This document shows positions 19,158 to 29,447 of a stretch of 51,674 nt of DNA, one piece after another. Location of the stretch: positions 1 to 51,674 of the forward strand of contig JAQUDN010000002.1 in assembly GCA_028685665.1 (NCBI GenBank), in the 5' to 3' direction. Source of the stretch: Burkholderiaceae bacterium. GTDB taxonomy: Bacteria; Pseudomonadota; Gammaproteobacteria; Burkholderiales; Burkholderiaceae_C. The first letter of the stretch is position 1. Every line of letters begins with the position of its first letter. The notes beneath the pieces were generated by a model that worked only from the letters and a program-made list of their open reading frames with translations, had not been told where the DNA came from and did no database searches. Both the position numbers and the translations under genes were made by a program.

Positions 19158-19634
19158 TTACAAGGCCCGGCTCATGACCACCGCGTCTTCACGCTGGCCA
19201 TGGGCTGCGGGGTAATAGCGCTTGCGTTCCCCGACGCGGCGAAAACCGTGGGCCTGGTAAACATGCAGGGCGCGCAGATTGCTCACGCGCACTTCCAGCC
19301 AGAGCCATTGGGCACCGCGTCCGCGCGACCACAGCGCCAGGGCGTCAAGCAGCACGCGGGCCCAGCCCTGGTGCTGGTAGGCGGGGGCGACGGTGAGGTT
19401 GAGCAGATGGACTTCGTCCACGCCCACCATGGCGACAAAGTAGCCCAGCAAGGTGTCGCCGGCCATCAGCTGCTGGATTTCATAGCCTGCGGCCAGGGCA
19501 TCGGTGAAGTTGCCGCGCGTCCAGGGGTGGGGGTAGGCCTGCTGCTCGATGTGCAGCAAGGCATCCAGCCCGTCCAGGGTCAGCGGCTCGAAGCGCGCCT
19601 CGGGGGCATTCAGGGGCGTTGGCAGGGCACTCAT
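19158..19634 (-). CDS. rimI: Ribosomal-protein-alanine N-acetyltransferase
   Basis: GNAT fold: LNLTVAPAYQHQGWARVLL, LEVRVSNLRALHVYQAHGF. Confidence 0.9.
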   Translation of the reverse strand: MSALPTPLNAPEARFEPLTLDGLDALLHIEQQAYPHPWTRGNFTDALAAGYEIQQLMAGDTLLGYFVAMVGVDEVHLLNLTVAPAYQHQGWARVLLDALALWSRGRGAQWLWLEVRVSNLRALHVYQAHGFRRVGERKRYYPAAHGQREDAVVMSRAL

Positions 19635-20371
19635 GGCGCGGGGGTCGATGCGGCGGCCGCAGCGGCGGCCTCGCGCAGGGCGAGCCGTTCGGCGGTGGTC
19701 TGGGCCACCTTGTCGCGGATATAGCGGGGCAGCGCTGCGCTGGCGGGCAGGCCTGCGCCGGCCGCCAGCAGCGCGGGCGCCAGCCGCAGCAGGGCGCTGG
19801 CGGTGGGCAGTGCGGGCAGGTGCCGGGCCGCCGGGGCCAGGCGTTCGCCGTAGGCGGCCTGTGCGTTGCCCGCCAGCGTCCAGCCTTCGGGCACCTGCAC
19901 CGATTCAGGGGCGTACAGGCCAAAGTCTGCGTCCGTGCGCCAGTGGCCGGGGGTGGTCCCGGTGGGCGCCTGCCATTGGCAGTGCGCGGCGTAGACCTCG
20001 TTCATGCGCGCATCCAGCACGGCGACCACCTGGGTGCAGCCTTGCCGGCGGCGGGCGTCTTCGGCCACGGCCAGCAGCGTGTCCACGGGCAGCACCGGAA
20101 TGCCCGCGCCACCGCGTGCGCCAAAGGCCAGCCCCTGGGCCACGGCACAGGCGGTGCGCAGGCCGGTGAACGAGCCCGGGCCCCGGCCGAAGACGATGGC
20201 ATCGAGCGTGGAAAACGACAGGCCCGCTTGTTCCAGCAGGGCACGGAGGGCGGGGATGAGGGTGGCCGAGGCCTGGGCGCCGCCCGGGCCTTCCTGTTCC
20301 CAGAGCGCGTCGCCGTGCTGCACGGCAAGGGACAGGCGGTCGGTGCTGGTATCGAAAGCAAGCAATTTCAT
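19631..20371 (-). CDS. tsaB: tRNA t6A37 biosynthesis protein TsaB
   Basis: MKLLAFDTSTDRLSLAV..., GRGPGSFTGLRTACAVAQGLA. ATGA overlaps on both sides. Confidence 0.9.
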   Translation of the reverse strand: MKLLAFDTSTDRLSLAVQHGDALWEQEGPGGAQASATLIPALRALLEQAGLSFSTLDAIVFGRGPGSFTGLRTACAVAQGLAFGARGGAGIPVLPVDTLLAVAEDARRRQGCTQVVAVLDARMNEVYAAHCQWQAPTGTTPGHWRTDADFGLYAPESVQVPEGWTLAGNAQAAYGERLAPAARHLPALPTASALLRLAPALLAAGAGLPASAALPRYIRDKVAQTTAERLALREAAAAAAASTPAP

Positions 20372-21363
20372 GGTGGCGGCGATTGTTCCACGGCGCAAGG
20401 GGCGGGGCGGGGGCGCAAGACGCCCAGCAGGATGCCGGCAGTCACCAGCAGGAGGCCGGCCAGCAGGTTCCAGTGCAGGGGTTCCTGCAGAAAAGCCACC
20501 GCCCCGAGGGCCGACAGCCCGGGCACCAGGGCGGTGATCATGGTGGAGCGCACCGGGCCGTAGTACTGGATCATCCGGGTGAAGGTGATGCCCGAGACCA
20601 CCACGGCCCCGCCGCCCTGGAACAGCAGCTGGAACCCGATTTCTCCCCAGCTGGCCCGGGCCAGCTGGCTGGGCAGCCACCCGAAGCCGGTCAGCAGCGC
20701 AAAGGCGGGCACATACACCAGGCAGGCCAGCACGGTGATCGCAATCGTCGCTTCGACCGCCGCCACCGCATGGCGCCGGGCCAGCACGGTGTAGCAGGCC
20801 CAGCAGAGCGAGGCGGCCATGAAGAGCAGGTCGCCCTTCCAGACGCTGCCGCCCTCCAGGGCGCTCAGCAGGCCGTGGCCACCGACCAGCAGGTCGCCCG
20901 CCACGATCAGCGCCAGGCCGGCTGCGCGCACGGGCGTGATGCGGTCATGCAGGACCAGCGCGGCGAGCAGTGCCGTCCACAGCGGCAGGCTGCCTGGCAG
21001 GAGCACCGAGGCGTGGGTGGCCGGGGCATGAAAAAAGCCGGCATAGGCCAGCACCGCATACAGCACGCCGCCAAACAGTCCGAGCAGCACCGTCTGGCGC
21101 AGCGGCAGCGGAGACAGGCCCCCAAGGCTGTCCTGGGGCGTGTGCTGGCTTGCGCTGCCCGCACGGGCCTGGCGCTGGCGCCGCACCAGCAGCCAGCCCC
21201 AGGGCAGGAGCACCAGGCTGGCGCCGACCACGCGCAGCAGGGCGATGTCAAAGGGGGTGAGGACGCGTTGGGCCGAGGCCCGGGCAATGACGATGAAGCC
21301 CGACCACATGGCCACGGTCACCAGGGCTGCCAGCGGGCCCGCGGTGCGAGGAGAAAGGTGCAT
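20368..21363 (-). CDS. DMT superfamily (EamA-like) transporter
   Basis: 10 predicted TM helices and a duplicated EamA-type architecture. This is the 3' part of the composite 845-aa ORF. Confidence 0.85.
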   Translation of the reverse strand: MHLSPRTAGPLAALVTVAMWSGFIVIARASAQRVLTPFDIALLRVVGASLVLLPWGWLLVRRQRQARAGSASQHTPQDSLGGLSPLPLRQTVLLGLFGGVLYAVLAYAGFFHAPATHASVLLPGSLPLWTALLAALVLHDRITPVRAAGLALIVAGDLLVGGHGLLSALEGGSVWKGDLLFMAASLCWACYTVLARRHAVAAVEATIAITVLACLVYVPAFALLTGFGWLPSQLARASWGEIGFQLLFQGGGAVVVSGITFTRMIQYYGPVRSTMITALVPGLSALGAVAFLQEPLHWNLLAGLLLVTAGILLGVLRPRPAPCAVEQSPPP

Positions 21364-21429
21364 CGCCCGATTATCGGCCGCCCTCCCTCTGGGCCGCTGT
21401 CCCGCCTTCCGGGCGATAGACTCGTGGCC

Positions 21430-22884
21430 ATGTTGTTCTTTTTTGTGTGCGGGGTCCGGCGGGCCTGGGGTTGGGGGGGGCTGTGCGCGCTCTGGCTGGC
21501 GCTGCTCCCTGCGGCCCAGGCCCAGGCCCCGTTGCCGGCCTTGTTGCCTCCGGAGGTCGAGGCCGCCCTGGCCCGTGCCGGCCTGCCGCGCGAGGCCCTG
21601 TCGGTGCTGGTGGTCGATGCCCAGAGCCCTGGCGCGCTGCCGCGCCTGGCCCACCGCACGCAGGTGCCCATGAACCCGGCTTCGGTGATGAAGCTCGTCA
21701 CCACCTACGCGGCCCTGGACCGCTTGGGCCCGGCCTATACCTGGAGCACGCCGGTGTTCGTCGAAGGCCCGGTGCAGGGCGGGCGCCTGCGCGGCAATGT
21801 CTATCTCCAGGGCCGGGGCGACCCCAAGCTGGTGCTGGAGCGCCTGTGGATGCTGCTGCGGCGCCTGCAGGCCCAGGGCATCGACACCATCGACGGCGAC
21901 ATCGTGCTGGACCGCAGCGCCTTCGAACTGCCTGCGCACGATCCTGCGCGCTTCGATGGCGAGTCGCTGCGCCCTTACAACGTCGGGCCCGACGCCTTGC
22001 TGCTCAATTACCAGTCGGTGGGCATGACCTTTGTGCCCGATGGGGCCGCTGGCTGGGCCCGCATCCAGTACGACCTTCCGCTGGCCGGGGTGGAGCGCCA
22101 GGCCACGGTGGCGCTGGCGGCGCCGGGTGCGGCCTGTGGCGATTGGCGCGAGGGCTTGCGTGCCGAGCTGTCCGATCCGGGCCGCATGGTGTTTCAGGGG
22201 GTGTATCCCGCCGCCTGCGGTGAGCGCCTGTGGACCGTGGCGCCCCCGGACCCGCAGGGCTTTGCCGCGCGGGCGGTGGCGGGCCTGTGGCGCGAACTCG
22301 GGGGACGGCTGACGGGCCAGGTGCGCGACGGCCGGGTGCCGGCGGGCCTGTTGCCGGCCTTCAGCGCCACCTCGCCCCCGCTGGCCGAGGTGGTGCGCGA
22401 CGTGAACAAGTTCAGCAACAACGTCATGGCGCAGCACCTGTTGCTGACGCTGGCGCTGCAGAAAAACGGCGTGGCCACGCTGGAGGGCGGGCGCGACGCC
22501 TTGCGCCAGTGGTGGCAGACGCGCCTGCCGGGCGCCGAGCCCCCCTGGGTGGACAACGGGGCCGGCCTGAGCCGCGAGGCACGCATCAGCGCCGCGGCCC
22601 TGGGGCGCATGCTCCAGCAGGCCTGGGCGTCTCCTGTCATGCCCGAGCTGATGGCCTCCCTGCCGATCGCGGGTGTGGACGGCACGCTGCGCCGCAGCCA
22701 GAGCCGCCCCGGCTCCGCCCACCTCAAGACCGGCAGCCTGCGCGACGTGGCGGCCATGGCAGGCTATGTCCATGCCGCCAGTGGCCGGCGTTACGTGCTG
22801 GTGGCCCTGGTCAACCATGCCAACGCCGCTGCGGCCCGTGCCGCCCTGGACGCGCTGATCGATTGGACAGCGCGCGATTTTTGA
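21430..22884 (+). CDS. dacB: D-alanyl-D-alanine carboxypeptidase/endopeptidase (PBP4, peptidase S13)
   Basis: Signal peptide, then SVMK (SxxK), FSNN (SxN) and KTG motifs. Confidence 0.9.
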   Translation: MLFFFVCGVRRAWGWGGLCALWLALLPAAQAQAPLPALLPPEVEAALARAGLPREALSVLVVDAQSPGALPRLAHRTQVPMNPASVMKLVTTYAALDRLGPAYTWSTPVFVEGPVQGGRLRGNVYLQGRGDPKLVLERLWMLLRRLQAQGIDTIDGDIVLDRSAFELPAHDPARFDGESLRPYNVGPDALLLNYQSVGMTFVPDGAAGWARIQYDLPLAGVERQATVALAAPGAACGDWREGLRAELSDPGRMVFQGVYPAACGERLWTVAPPDPQGFAARAVAGLWRELGGRLTGQVRDGRVPAGLLPAFSATSPPLAEVVRDVNKFSNNVMAQHLLLTLALQKNGVATLEGGRDALRQWWQTRLPGAEPPWVDNGAGLSREARISAAALGRMLQQAWASPVMPELMASLPIAGVDGTLRRSQSRPGSAHLKTGSLRDVAAMAGYVHAASGRRYVLVALVNHANAAAARAALDALIDWTARDF

Positions 22885-22903
22885 ACCCCTCTTGGCCCTT
22901 CCC

Positions 22904-23179
22904 ATGCCCCTCTTCGATCTGATCGGCTACCTGGCCGCTGCCCTGACCACCTGCAGTTTCGTCCCCCAGGCCCTGCACACCTTCCGCACCCGCGATGTGC
23001 GGGGCATCTCGCTGGGCATGTACAGCGTGTTCACCGTGGGGGTGGCCTTGTGGCTGGTCTATGGACTGCTGCTCGCTGCCTGGCCCATCGTGGCGGCCAA
23101 TGCCGTCACCTTGGCGCTGGCCGCGTCCATCCTGGGCATGAAGCTGCGCTTCGGGCGCACGGCGCCGACCTCGCCCTGA
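22904..23179 (+). CDS. SemiSWEET / PQ-loop family transporter
   Basis: About 90 aa with 3 TM segments and the PQ motif (CSFVPQALHTF). Confidence 0.75.
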   Translation: MPLFDLIGYLAAALTTCSFVPQALHTFRTRDVRGISLGMYSVFTVGVALWLVYGLLLAAWPIVAANAVTLALAASILGMKLRFGRTAPTSP

Positions 23180-23279
23180 GGGCGCTGCGCCGAGAGGGGG
23201 CGCGTTATCCCGGATGGCTGGCACCCTGCCCATGGGCGCAAGATACGCCGGTGTTTTTGGATCAACCGGAGGTTTTTTC

Positions 23280-24578
23280 ATGCCTTATTTCCGATGGACG
23301 GGTGTGGCCAGCGCCGTGGCCTTGCTGGTGGCTTGCGGCGGATCCGAGGACCCGTCCCGGGGCGCGCTCGTCGAGCCCCCTGTGACGGTGGCCACCCTCA
23401 GCGCTGCCCAGATCGATGCCGGCACCGCCAGCAGCGGCCTGCAGCCGATCACGGGCAAGGCGAAATGTGATGTGAACGTGGTCGCGCTCAACTACCACAC
23501 CATCGGCGTCAAAGACAGCGAACGCACCAATGCCTCCGGCGTGATGCTGGTGCCGGGCGGCCCCTGTACCGGGGCGGCCCCGCTGGTGGCCTACGCCAAG
23601 GGCACCGACGTGCAAAAGCCCCGCACCCTGGCGAATCCGCAAGACAGCGAGACCTTTCTGCTGGCGTCCATGTATGCCGCCCAGGGCTATGCGGTGGTGG
23701 CTTCCGACTACCTTGGGTATGCCAAGTCCTCCTACCGCTACCACCCCTACCTGCACGCCGACTCCGAGGCCAGCGCGGTCATCGACTCCGTGCGCGCAGC
23801 GCGGGCGGCCGCGGCGGCGGTGGGTGCCAGCCTGTCGGGCAAGGTGCTGTTCACGGGCTATTCCCAAGGGGGGCATGCGTCGATGGCGGCGCACCGTGCG
23901 GCCGAGCGCGACCATGCGAGCGAGATCAATGTGGTGGGCGGCGCCCACCTGGCCGGGCCTTACAACCTCTCGGGCTCGCTGCGCATTCCGGACGCGATTG
24001 CCGGCGTGCAGTTTTTCATTCCGTTTCTGGTGACTTCCTGGCAGAAGGTCTACGGCAACCTCTATACCGATGTGGCACAGCCTTTCAAGGCCCTGTATGC
24101 CCCGTACATCGAGGCGCTGCTGCCCCATCCCGCCTTGAACTACACCACGCTGCTCACCTCGGGCGCGCTGCCGGGAGGCACGCCCAACCAGGCGCGCGAG
24201 GCCTTGTTTCAGCCCGGCTTCCTGGCGGCTTCGCAGACCGACGCCGCCCATCCCCTGTTCCTGGCCGCCCAAAAGAACGACCTGCTGGGCTGGAGTCCCA
24301 AGTCCCGGGTCCTGCTCTGCGGCGCCGCCGGGGACCCCACCGTGCCGCCTGCCGTGCACCAGAAGGTCCTGCAGGCCGACTTTGATCGCCGGGGCCTGAC
24401 CCAGGTGGCGTCGGTGGATGTGGACCCGTTCATCCAGGCCACCTTCGGTCCGGGTGGCCGTGCCCCGACCGATCCGGCATCGCCGGCCTTCGCGGCCTAC
24501 TATGCCGCCTACCACGGCACCTACGAGCCGCCTTTCTGCGCGGCCCAGGCGCGGGCCTTCTTCGACACGCTCAAGTAA
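23280..24578 (+). CDS. Secreted alpha/beta-hydrolase lipoprotein (lipase-like)
   Basis: Lipobox LLVACGG and nucleophile elbow GYSQGGH. Confidence 0.75.
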   Translation: MPYFRWTGVASAVALLVACGGSEDPSRGALVEPPVTVATLSAAQIDAGTASSGLQPITGKAKCDVNVVALNYHTIGVKDSERTNASGVMLVPGGPCTGAAPLVAYAKGTDVQKPRTLANPQDSETFLLASMYAAQGYAVVASDYLGYAKSSYRYHPYLHADSEASAVIDSVRAARAAAAAVGASLSGKVLFTGYSQGGHASMAAHRAAERDHASEINVVGGAHLAGPYNLSGSLRIPDAIAGVQFFIPFLVTSWQKVYGNLYTDVAQPFKALYAPYIEALLPHPALNYTTLLTSGALPGGTPNQAREALFQPGFLAASQTDAAHPLFLAAQKNDLLGWSPKSRVLLCGAAGDPTVPPAVHQKVLQADFDRRGLTQVASVDVDPFIQATFGPGGRAPTDPASPAFAAYYAAYHGTYEPPFCAAQARAFFDTLK

Positions 24579-24594
24579 GGGCCTGGGCCCCATC

Positions 24595-24623
24595 AAAAAA
24601 ACCGACCCCAGGTCGGTTTTTTT
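24595..24623. terminator. Bidirectional intrinsic terminator
   Basis: AAAAAAA-CCGACC-cca-GGTCGG-TTTTTTT between two convergent genes. Confidence 0.85.
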
Positions 24624-24641
24624 GCGGGGTGCCGTGCCGGT

Positions 24642-25595
24642 TTACCAGCGCAGGCGCAGGCGGTCGTAGGCGTAGTTGCCAAACTGGCGGTGGGCCGAGG
24701 GGGTCAGGTGCACGCTGTCGGCAAACACATAGCGGTCCTGGTTGGCACCGGCCAGCAAGGTGCTGGTGTTGCACAGCAGGGCATTGACCTGGTTGCTGCC
24801 GATGCCGATGCCGTTGTTCGCGTCCACGGAGGTGCAGACGGGGGTGATGGCATTGTCAAAGCTGTAGGTGCTGGGCAGGCCGGTGTACAGGTTGACGTAG
24901 TAGGCCGAATCCACATACAGCACGTTGGCCCCCAGGTCGACGATGTCCACCAGCAGGCCTTCGTTGAAGCGGCTGCTGATGTCGCTGAGCAGGCTTTGCT
25001 GGTCGATGGCCTTGGCCCAGGGGCTGCGGCCCAGGTCGTAGGTGCCGGTGACGACCACGTACTTGGCGCCTGCCGTGACCAGGCGGCGTACCTGGGCTGC
25101 CAGGTCCTGGCCTGACTTGCGGGCGGCGGCCACGGTGTCGGCCGCGGTTTTCTGGCCAGCGCGGAAGGCGGCCATGCCGGCGATCACTTCGCTCTGGCCG
25201 GCATTGATCAGTACCACGTCGTTGGTGGCAAAGCGGCCGCTGGCCAGGAAGCGGTCGATTTGTTCGGTCACCGTGGGCGTGGTGGCATCGCCGGCTGCGT
25301 CGGGCTTGGTGTTCACACGGGCATTGCCGATGGCAAAGCTGAGGCCGCCGGCGGTCGAGGGCGTGAGCGTCTTGCCGTAGCGCGAGCTCAGTTGCGCGAC
25401 CCAGTTGTTCACGGAGCCATCGTTGACGGTGTAGCGGGCGCCTTTTTGCCCCAGGTCGCTGAAGGCATCGCCAAAGGCGATGAAGCGCTCGGGCTTGAGC
25501 GCCGACTCGGTGGTGCTCGAGCCGCAGGCCGCGAGCAAAGCGGCTGAGGCACCGAGAGCGACCAGCGCTGTGCGGCGCATCCAATTTGCTGCCAT
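24642..25595 (-). CDS. SGNH/GDSL-family hydrolase-like lipoprotein
   Basis: Lipobox LLAACGS. Block I reads FGDAFSDLG and block V reads FADSVHLT (DxxH). GGAGAA lies upstream of the ATG. Confidence 0.75.
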   Translation of the reverse strand: MAANWMRRTALVALGASAALLAACGSSTTESALKPERFIAFGDAFSDLGQKGARYTVNDGSVNNWVAQLSSRYGKTLTPSTAGGLSFAIGNARVNTKPDAAGDATTPTVTEQIDRFLASGRFATNDVVLINAGQSEVIAGMAAFRAGQKTAADTVAAARKSGQDLAAQVRRLVTAGAKYVVVTGTYDLGRSPWAKAIDQQSLLSDISSRFNEGLLVDIVDLGANVLYVDSAYYVNLYTGLPSTYSFDNAITPVCTSVDANNGIGIGSNQVNALLCNTSTLLAGANQDRYVFADSVHLTPSAHRQFGNYAYDRLRLRW

Positions 25596-25647
25596 GGTTT
25601 TCTCCAGAAAAGTGAGGGGTAGTTTAACGAGGCACTTTCGTGCGGTG

Positions 25648-26664
25648 TCAGGCGGCCGCTGCGCGCTGCACGCGGTCACGCACGCCTTCCCATTCCGGCG
25701 TGGCCGGCGGGGTCTCGATCCAGATCAGGGCCACGCCCGTGGCGTCCAGGGCACGCAGGGTGGCAAACAGTTCTTGTGCCGCAGCGCTGGCATCCCCAGG
25801 CATGCGCTGCAGCCGCACCTGGGGCGCAGCGCAGCGCAGGGCGGTGCGGGCATACACCGCCAGGTGCGGTGCCTCGGTGCCGAGCAGGTCCAGGGCGGTT
25901 TGCAGGCCCTGGGCGTCCATCAGCCGCACTTTGGCGCTGGGGGCATAGTGGGCCTCCAGGGTGCCTGAGGCCCGTGGAGTCTGCTCTGGAAGCTCATCTT
26001 TCGATAGCGCTTCCTGGCCGCAGACTGCGGTGATCTGCGCGCGCGTGATGGCGCCGGGGCGCAGCAGCACGGGCCGGCCCCGGGTGCAGTCCACGATGGT
26101 GGATTCAATGCCCACGGCGCAGGGGCCGCCGTCGAGCACCAGCAAGTCCGGGCCGAATTCGCCCGCCACATGCGCAGCGGTGGTCGGGCTCACGCGCCCA
26201 AAGCGGTTGGCGCTGGGGGCTGCGAGGCCCCACACCGGGGGGCCGCCCAGCGCGGTGCTGTCGCCCGGCGCCGCGCAGGCGTGCAGTACCGACCGGGCCA
26301 CGGGGTGCGCGGGGCAGCGCAGGCCCACGCTGTCCTGGCCGCCCGTGGCGGCCGTGGCAACGCCCGCGCGGCGCGGCAGGATCAGGGTCAGCGGGCCGGG
26401 CCAGAAGGCTTCGACCAGGGCCTGGGCAAAGGCCGGTACGTCGCGGGCGAAATGGGCGATGCCGGAGGCATCGGCCACGTGCACGATCAGGGGGTGGTCG
26501 CTGGGGCGTCCCTTGGCGGCAAAGATCTGCGCCACGGCCGCGTCGCTGCTGGCGTTGGCGGCCAGGCCATAGACGGTCTCGGTGGGCAGGCCCAGCAGGG
26601 CGCCGCTGCGCAGGGCGCGTGCGGCAGCGGCAATCGATTCGGGCAGGGTGCCGTCGAGGATCAT
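25648..26664 (-). CDS. tsaC: L-threonylcarbamoyladenylate synthase (Sua5/YwlC type)
   Basis: LGLPTETVYGLAANA..., KGRPSDHPLIVHV, WPGPLTLIL, SANRFG, plus a C-terminal Sua5 domain. Confidence 0.9.
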   Translation of the reverse strand: MILDGTLPESIAAAARALRSGALLGLPTETVYGLAANASSDAAVAQIFAAKGRPSDHPLIVHVADASGIAHFARDVPAFAQALVEAFWPGPLTLILPRRAGVATAATGGQDSVGLRCPAHPVARSVLHACAAPGDSTALGGPPVWGLAAPSANRFGRVSPTTAAHVAGEFGPDLLVLDGGPCAVGIESTIVDCTRGRPVLLRPGAITRAQITAVCGQEALSKDELPEQTPRASGTLEAHYAPSAKVRLMDAQGLQTALDLLGTEAPHLAVYARTALRCAAPQVRLQRMPGDASAAAQELFATLRALDATGVALIWIETPPATPEWEGVRDRVQRAAAA

Positions 26665-26680
26665 GGGGTGGGTGCCCGCA

Positions 26681-27853
26681 TCAGAACGGCTCCAGGCCCA
26701 GCAGGGCCGCCGCCTGCAGCGCGGTGGCACGGGCGGCCTCGGCGCTGGGGGCCGTGATGTTCAGGTGGCCCATCTTGCGGCCCGGCTTGGCTTCGCGCTT
26801 GCCATACAGGTGCAGGTGCGTGCCGGGCAGGGCCAGCACGGCCGCCCAGGGGGGCGTCTGCTCGGCCTCGCCCTGGGCGAACCACAGGTCGCCCAGCAGG
26901 TTCAGCATCACGGCGGCGCTGTGCTGGCGCGGTGGTGTCAAGGGCAGGCCCGCCATGGTGCGCACCTGCAGTTCGAACTGCGAGACATCGCAGGCGTTCT
27001 GGCTGTAGTGGCCGCTGTTGTGGGGCCGTGGCGCGATCTCGTTGACCACCAGCGAGCCGTCGTCCAGCACAAAGAACTCCACGCACAGCACGCCCACGTA
27101 TTGCAGCTCTTCTGCTATCGATTTCGCAGCTGCAACCGCTTGATGGGCAAGCGCTGGAGGCATATTTTGTTCATAGACCTCGGTCACGGCCAGGATGCCG
27201 TCCCGGTGCAGGTTGCGCTGCACGGGCAGGTGCACGCAGGCGCCGTCGGCCCCGCGCGCCACGATGACCGAGCATTCGAGCGCCAGCGGCAGCATTTTTT
27301 CGAGCACGCAGGGCACCTGGCCGACCGATTGCCAGGCGGCGCTCAGTTCGGCGGCGCTTTGCACCCGCACCTGGCCCTTGCCGTCGTAGCCCATGCGGGC
27401 CGTCTTGAGGATGCCGGGCAGCAGCTCGGCCGGCACCGCCGCCAGCTGGGCAGCGGTTTCGATGACGGCGTAGGGCGCGCAGGGCACGCCACAACCGACA
27501 AAGTGGGCTTTTTCTTCGGCGCGGTTTTGGGCCACGGCCACGGCGCTGGCGGCGGGAGACACCGGGCGCAGCGCGGCCAGCGCCGCCAGGGAGGCGGCGG
27601 GCACGTTCTCAAACTCGGTGGTGATGGCGTCGCTGAGCCGGGCCAGCTCGGCCAGGCCGGCCGGGTCTTCGTAGCCGGTGCGCACATGGTGGTGGCTCAC
27701 CCGCCCGGCCGGGCTGTCTGGATCGGCGTCGAGGACGGCGGTGAAATAACCCATGGCCTGTGCAGCGTGCACGAACATGCGACCCAACTGGCCGCCGCCC
27801 AGCACGCCGAGCGTCGCGCCTGGCAACAGGGGGGCTGCAGGCCGGGCGCTCAT
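26681..27853 (-). CDS. purK: N5-carboxyaminoimidazole ribonucleotide synthase
   Basis: [15 protein letters not shown]-grasp, [25 protein letters not shown] overlap with purE. Confidence 0.93.
   Translation of the reverse strand: MSARPAAPLLPGATLGVLGGGQLGRMFVHAAQAMGYFTAVLDADPDSPAGRVSHHHVRTGYEDPAGLAELARLSDAITTEFENVPAASLAALAALRPVSPAASAVAVAQNRAEEKAHFVGCGVPCAPYAVIETAAQLAAVPAELLPGILKTARMGYDGKGQVRVQSAAELSAAWQSVGQVPCVLEKMLPLALECSVIVARGADGACVHLPVQRNLHRDGILAVTEVYEQNMPPALAHQAVAAAKSIAEELQYVGVLCVEFFVLDDGSLVVNEIAPRPHNSGHYSQNACDVSQFELQVRTMAGLPLTPPRQHSAAVMLNLLGDLWFAQGEAEQTPPWAAVLALPGTHLHLYGKREAKPGRKMGHLNITAPSAEAARATALQAAALLGLEPF
27113..27168 (+). repeat. Dispersed low-GC repeat, copy d (intragenic, antisense to purK and read in frame)
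   Basis: TGCTATCGATTTCGCAGCTGCAACCGCTTGATGGGCAAGCGCTGGAGGCATATTTT. Confidence 0.8.
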
Positions 27854-28350
27854 GCGGCGCCCACGGGTGGCAGGGTCATGTTCCGGGCCACTTCGGTCTG
27901 TGCGGCGCGGAAGGCCTCCAGGCGCTGGCGCAGGTCGGCGCTCTCGTTGGCCAGCAGGGCCACGGCGAACAGGGCGGCATTGGCGGCACCGGCGTGGCCG
28001 ATGGCAAACGTGGCCACCGGAATGCCCTTGGGCATCTGCACGATGCTGTGCAGGGAGTCCACGCCCTGCAGGTAGCGGCTGGCCACGGGCACACCGAGCA
28101 CCGGGACCGTGGTTTTGGCCGCGATCATGCCCGGCAGGTGGGCTGCGCCGCCGGCTCCGGCAATGATGGCCTTGAGCCCCCGCCCCGCGGCGGCCTCGGC
28201 ATAGGCAAACATGTCGTCGGGCATGCGATGGGCCGAGACCACGCGGGCTTCGTGGGCGATGCCAAATTGCTGGAGAATCTGCACTGCGTGCTGCATGGTG
28301 TCCCAGTCGCTGCTGGAGCCCATGACCACACCGATTTGGATGGGCGTCAT
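27850..28350 (-). CDS. purE: N5-carboxyaminoimidazole ribonucleotide mutase
   Basis: [14 protein letters not shown]..., [17 protein letters not shown]. Confidence 0.95.
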   Translation of the reverse strand: MTPIQIGVVMGSSSDWDTMQHAVQILQQFGIAHEARVVSAHRMPDDMFAYAEAAAGRGLKAIIAGAGGAAHLPGMIAAKTTVPVLGVPVASRYLQGVDSLHSIVQMPKGIPVATFAIGHAGAANAALFAVALLANESADLRQRLEAFRAAQTEVARNMTLPPVGAA

Positions 28351-28461
28351 AGTTTGTGGGGGACAGGCGTGCTGTGCTGGCCTGTTCCGCAGAGTTGAAG
28401 CCCGCGATTTTACTTTTGCCCCGACCCCTTTCCTCTTTGGCGCTGCGGCGCCTGAAACACC

Positions 28462-29430
28462 ATGATCGATATCACCCTAGAGAATTTTGAAACCGAGGTG
28501 GTGGCCGCCTCGATGGAACGGCCGGTCTTGCTCGACATCTGGGCCGAATGGTGCGGTCCCTGCAAGCAGCTGGGTCCCGTGCTGGAGCAGGTCGAAGTCG
28601 CCTACGAAGGCCGCTTTATCCTGGCCAAGCTCGATGCCGACAAAGTCTCGGAGATTGCGGGCCAGCTGTCGCAGATGTTCGGCGTGCGCAGCATTCCGTT
28701 CTGTGTGCTCTTCAAGGAAGGCCAGCCGGTCGATGGCTTTGTCGGTGCCCTGCCCGCCAGCCAGGTGCGCACGTTCCTGGACAAGCATGTGCCCTCCGAC
28801 GAGGTGCTGCAGGCCGAGGCCGGCGCCGAGGAAGCCCAGCAACAGCTCGAATCCGGCGATGTGCAAGGGGCCCAGGCCCGCTTGGCCGATGCCCTGGCGG
28901 CCGATCCGGGCAACAACGACATCCGCTTCGATTACGCCAAGCTCTTGATCAGTACCGGCCATCTGGATGAGGCCGCCGCGGCACTGGCACCCGCCATGGC
29001 GCAGATTCCTGTCCTGTTGCGCTTCGAGGCGCTGACGCAGTGGCTCAATGCCCTGGAGTTTGTGGGCACCGATGCCCGCGCCCGCCAGCCCCTGGAGGTG
29101 CTGGACCAGCAGATTGCCGACAACAAGCGCAATTTTGAAGCCCGCTTCATCAAGAGCCGCGTGCTCATCGCCCAGGGCGACTGGCCTGCAGCGATGGACG
29201 AGTTGCTCGAAATCGTCATGCGCGACAAGACCTGGGACGGCGAGGCCCCGCGCAAGACCTATGTCGCTTTGCTGGAACTGCTGACACCGCCCCGTCCCAA
29301 GGCCGGCGCTGACCAGGGCGGCAAGGCCGCCGGGGGGATCGAGATTGCCGGCAAGGCCGCGCTGCAGGAAGACCCGCAGGCTGCGCTGGTGTCCAGCTAT
29401 CGGCGCAAGCTCAGCATGGCACTGAACTGA
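28462..29430 (+). CDS. ybbN: Thioredoxin-domain + TPR co-chaperone (YbbN/CnoX-like), WCGPC retained
   Basis: N-terminal Trx fold with WCGPC, and a C-terminal TPR-like helical domain. Confidence 0.85.
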   Translation: MIDITLENFETEVVAASMERPVLLDIWAEWCGPCKQLGPVLEQVEVAYEGRFILAKLDADKVSEIAGQLSQMFGVRSIPFCVLFKEGQPVDGFVGALPASQVRTFLDKHVPSDEVLQAEAGAEEAQQQLESGDVQGAQARLADALAADPGNNDIRFDYAKLLISTGHLDEAAAALAPAMAQIPVLLRFEALTQWLNALEFVGTDARARQPLEVLDQQIADNKRNFEARFIKSRVLIAQGDWPAAMDELLEIVMRDKTWDGEAPRKTYVALLELLTPPRPKAGADQGGKAAGGIEIAGKAALQEDPQAALVSSYRRKLSMALN

Positions 29431-29447
29431 GGGCTGAGGGGACTGGG

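Noticed and set aside
20368-22905. Mutually overlapping 845-aa (-) and 833-aa (+) ORFs
   Set aside because: Each is a composite. Only the 3' part of the minus ORF (DMT transporter, 20368..21363) and the 3' part of the plus ORF (PBP4, 21430..22884) give sensible proteins. The rest is antisense shadow.
23218-23233. TGGCAC hexamer upstream of the alpha/beta-hydrolase gene as a sigma-54 promoter
   Set aside because: No GC dinucleotide lies at the required -12 position.
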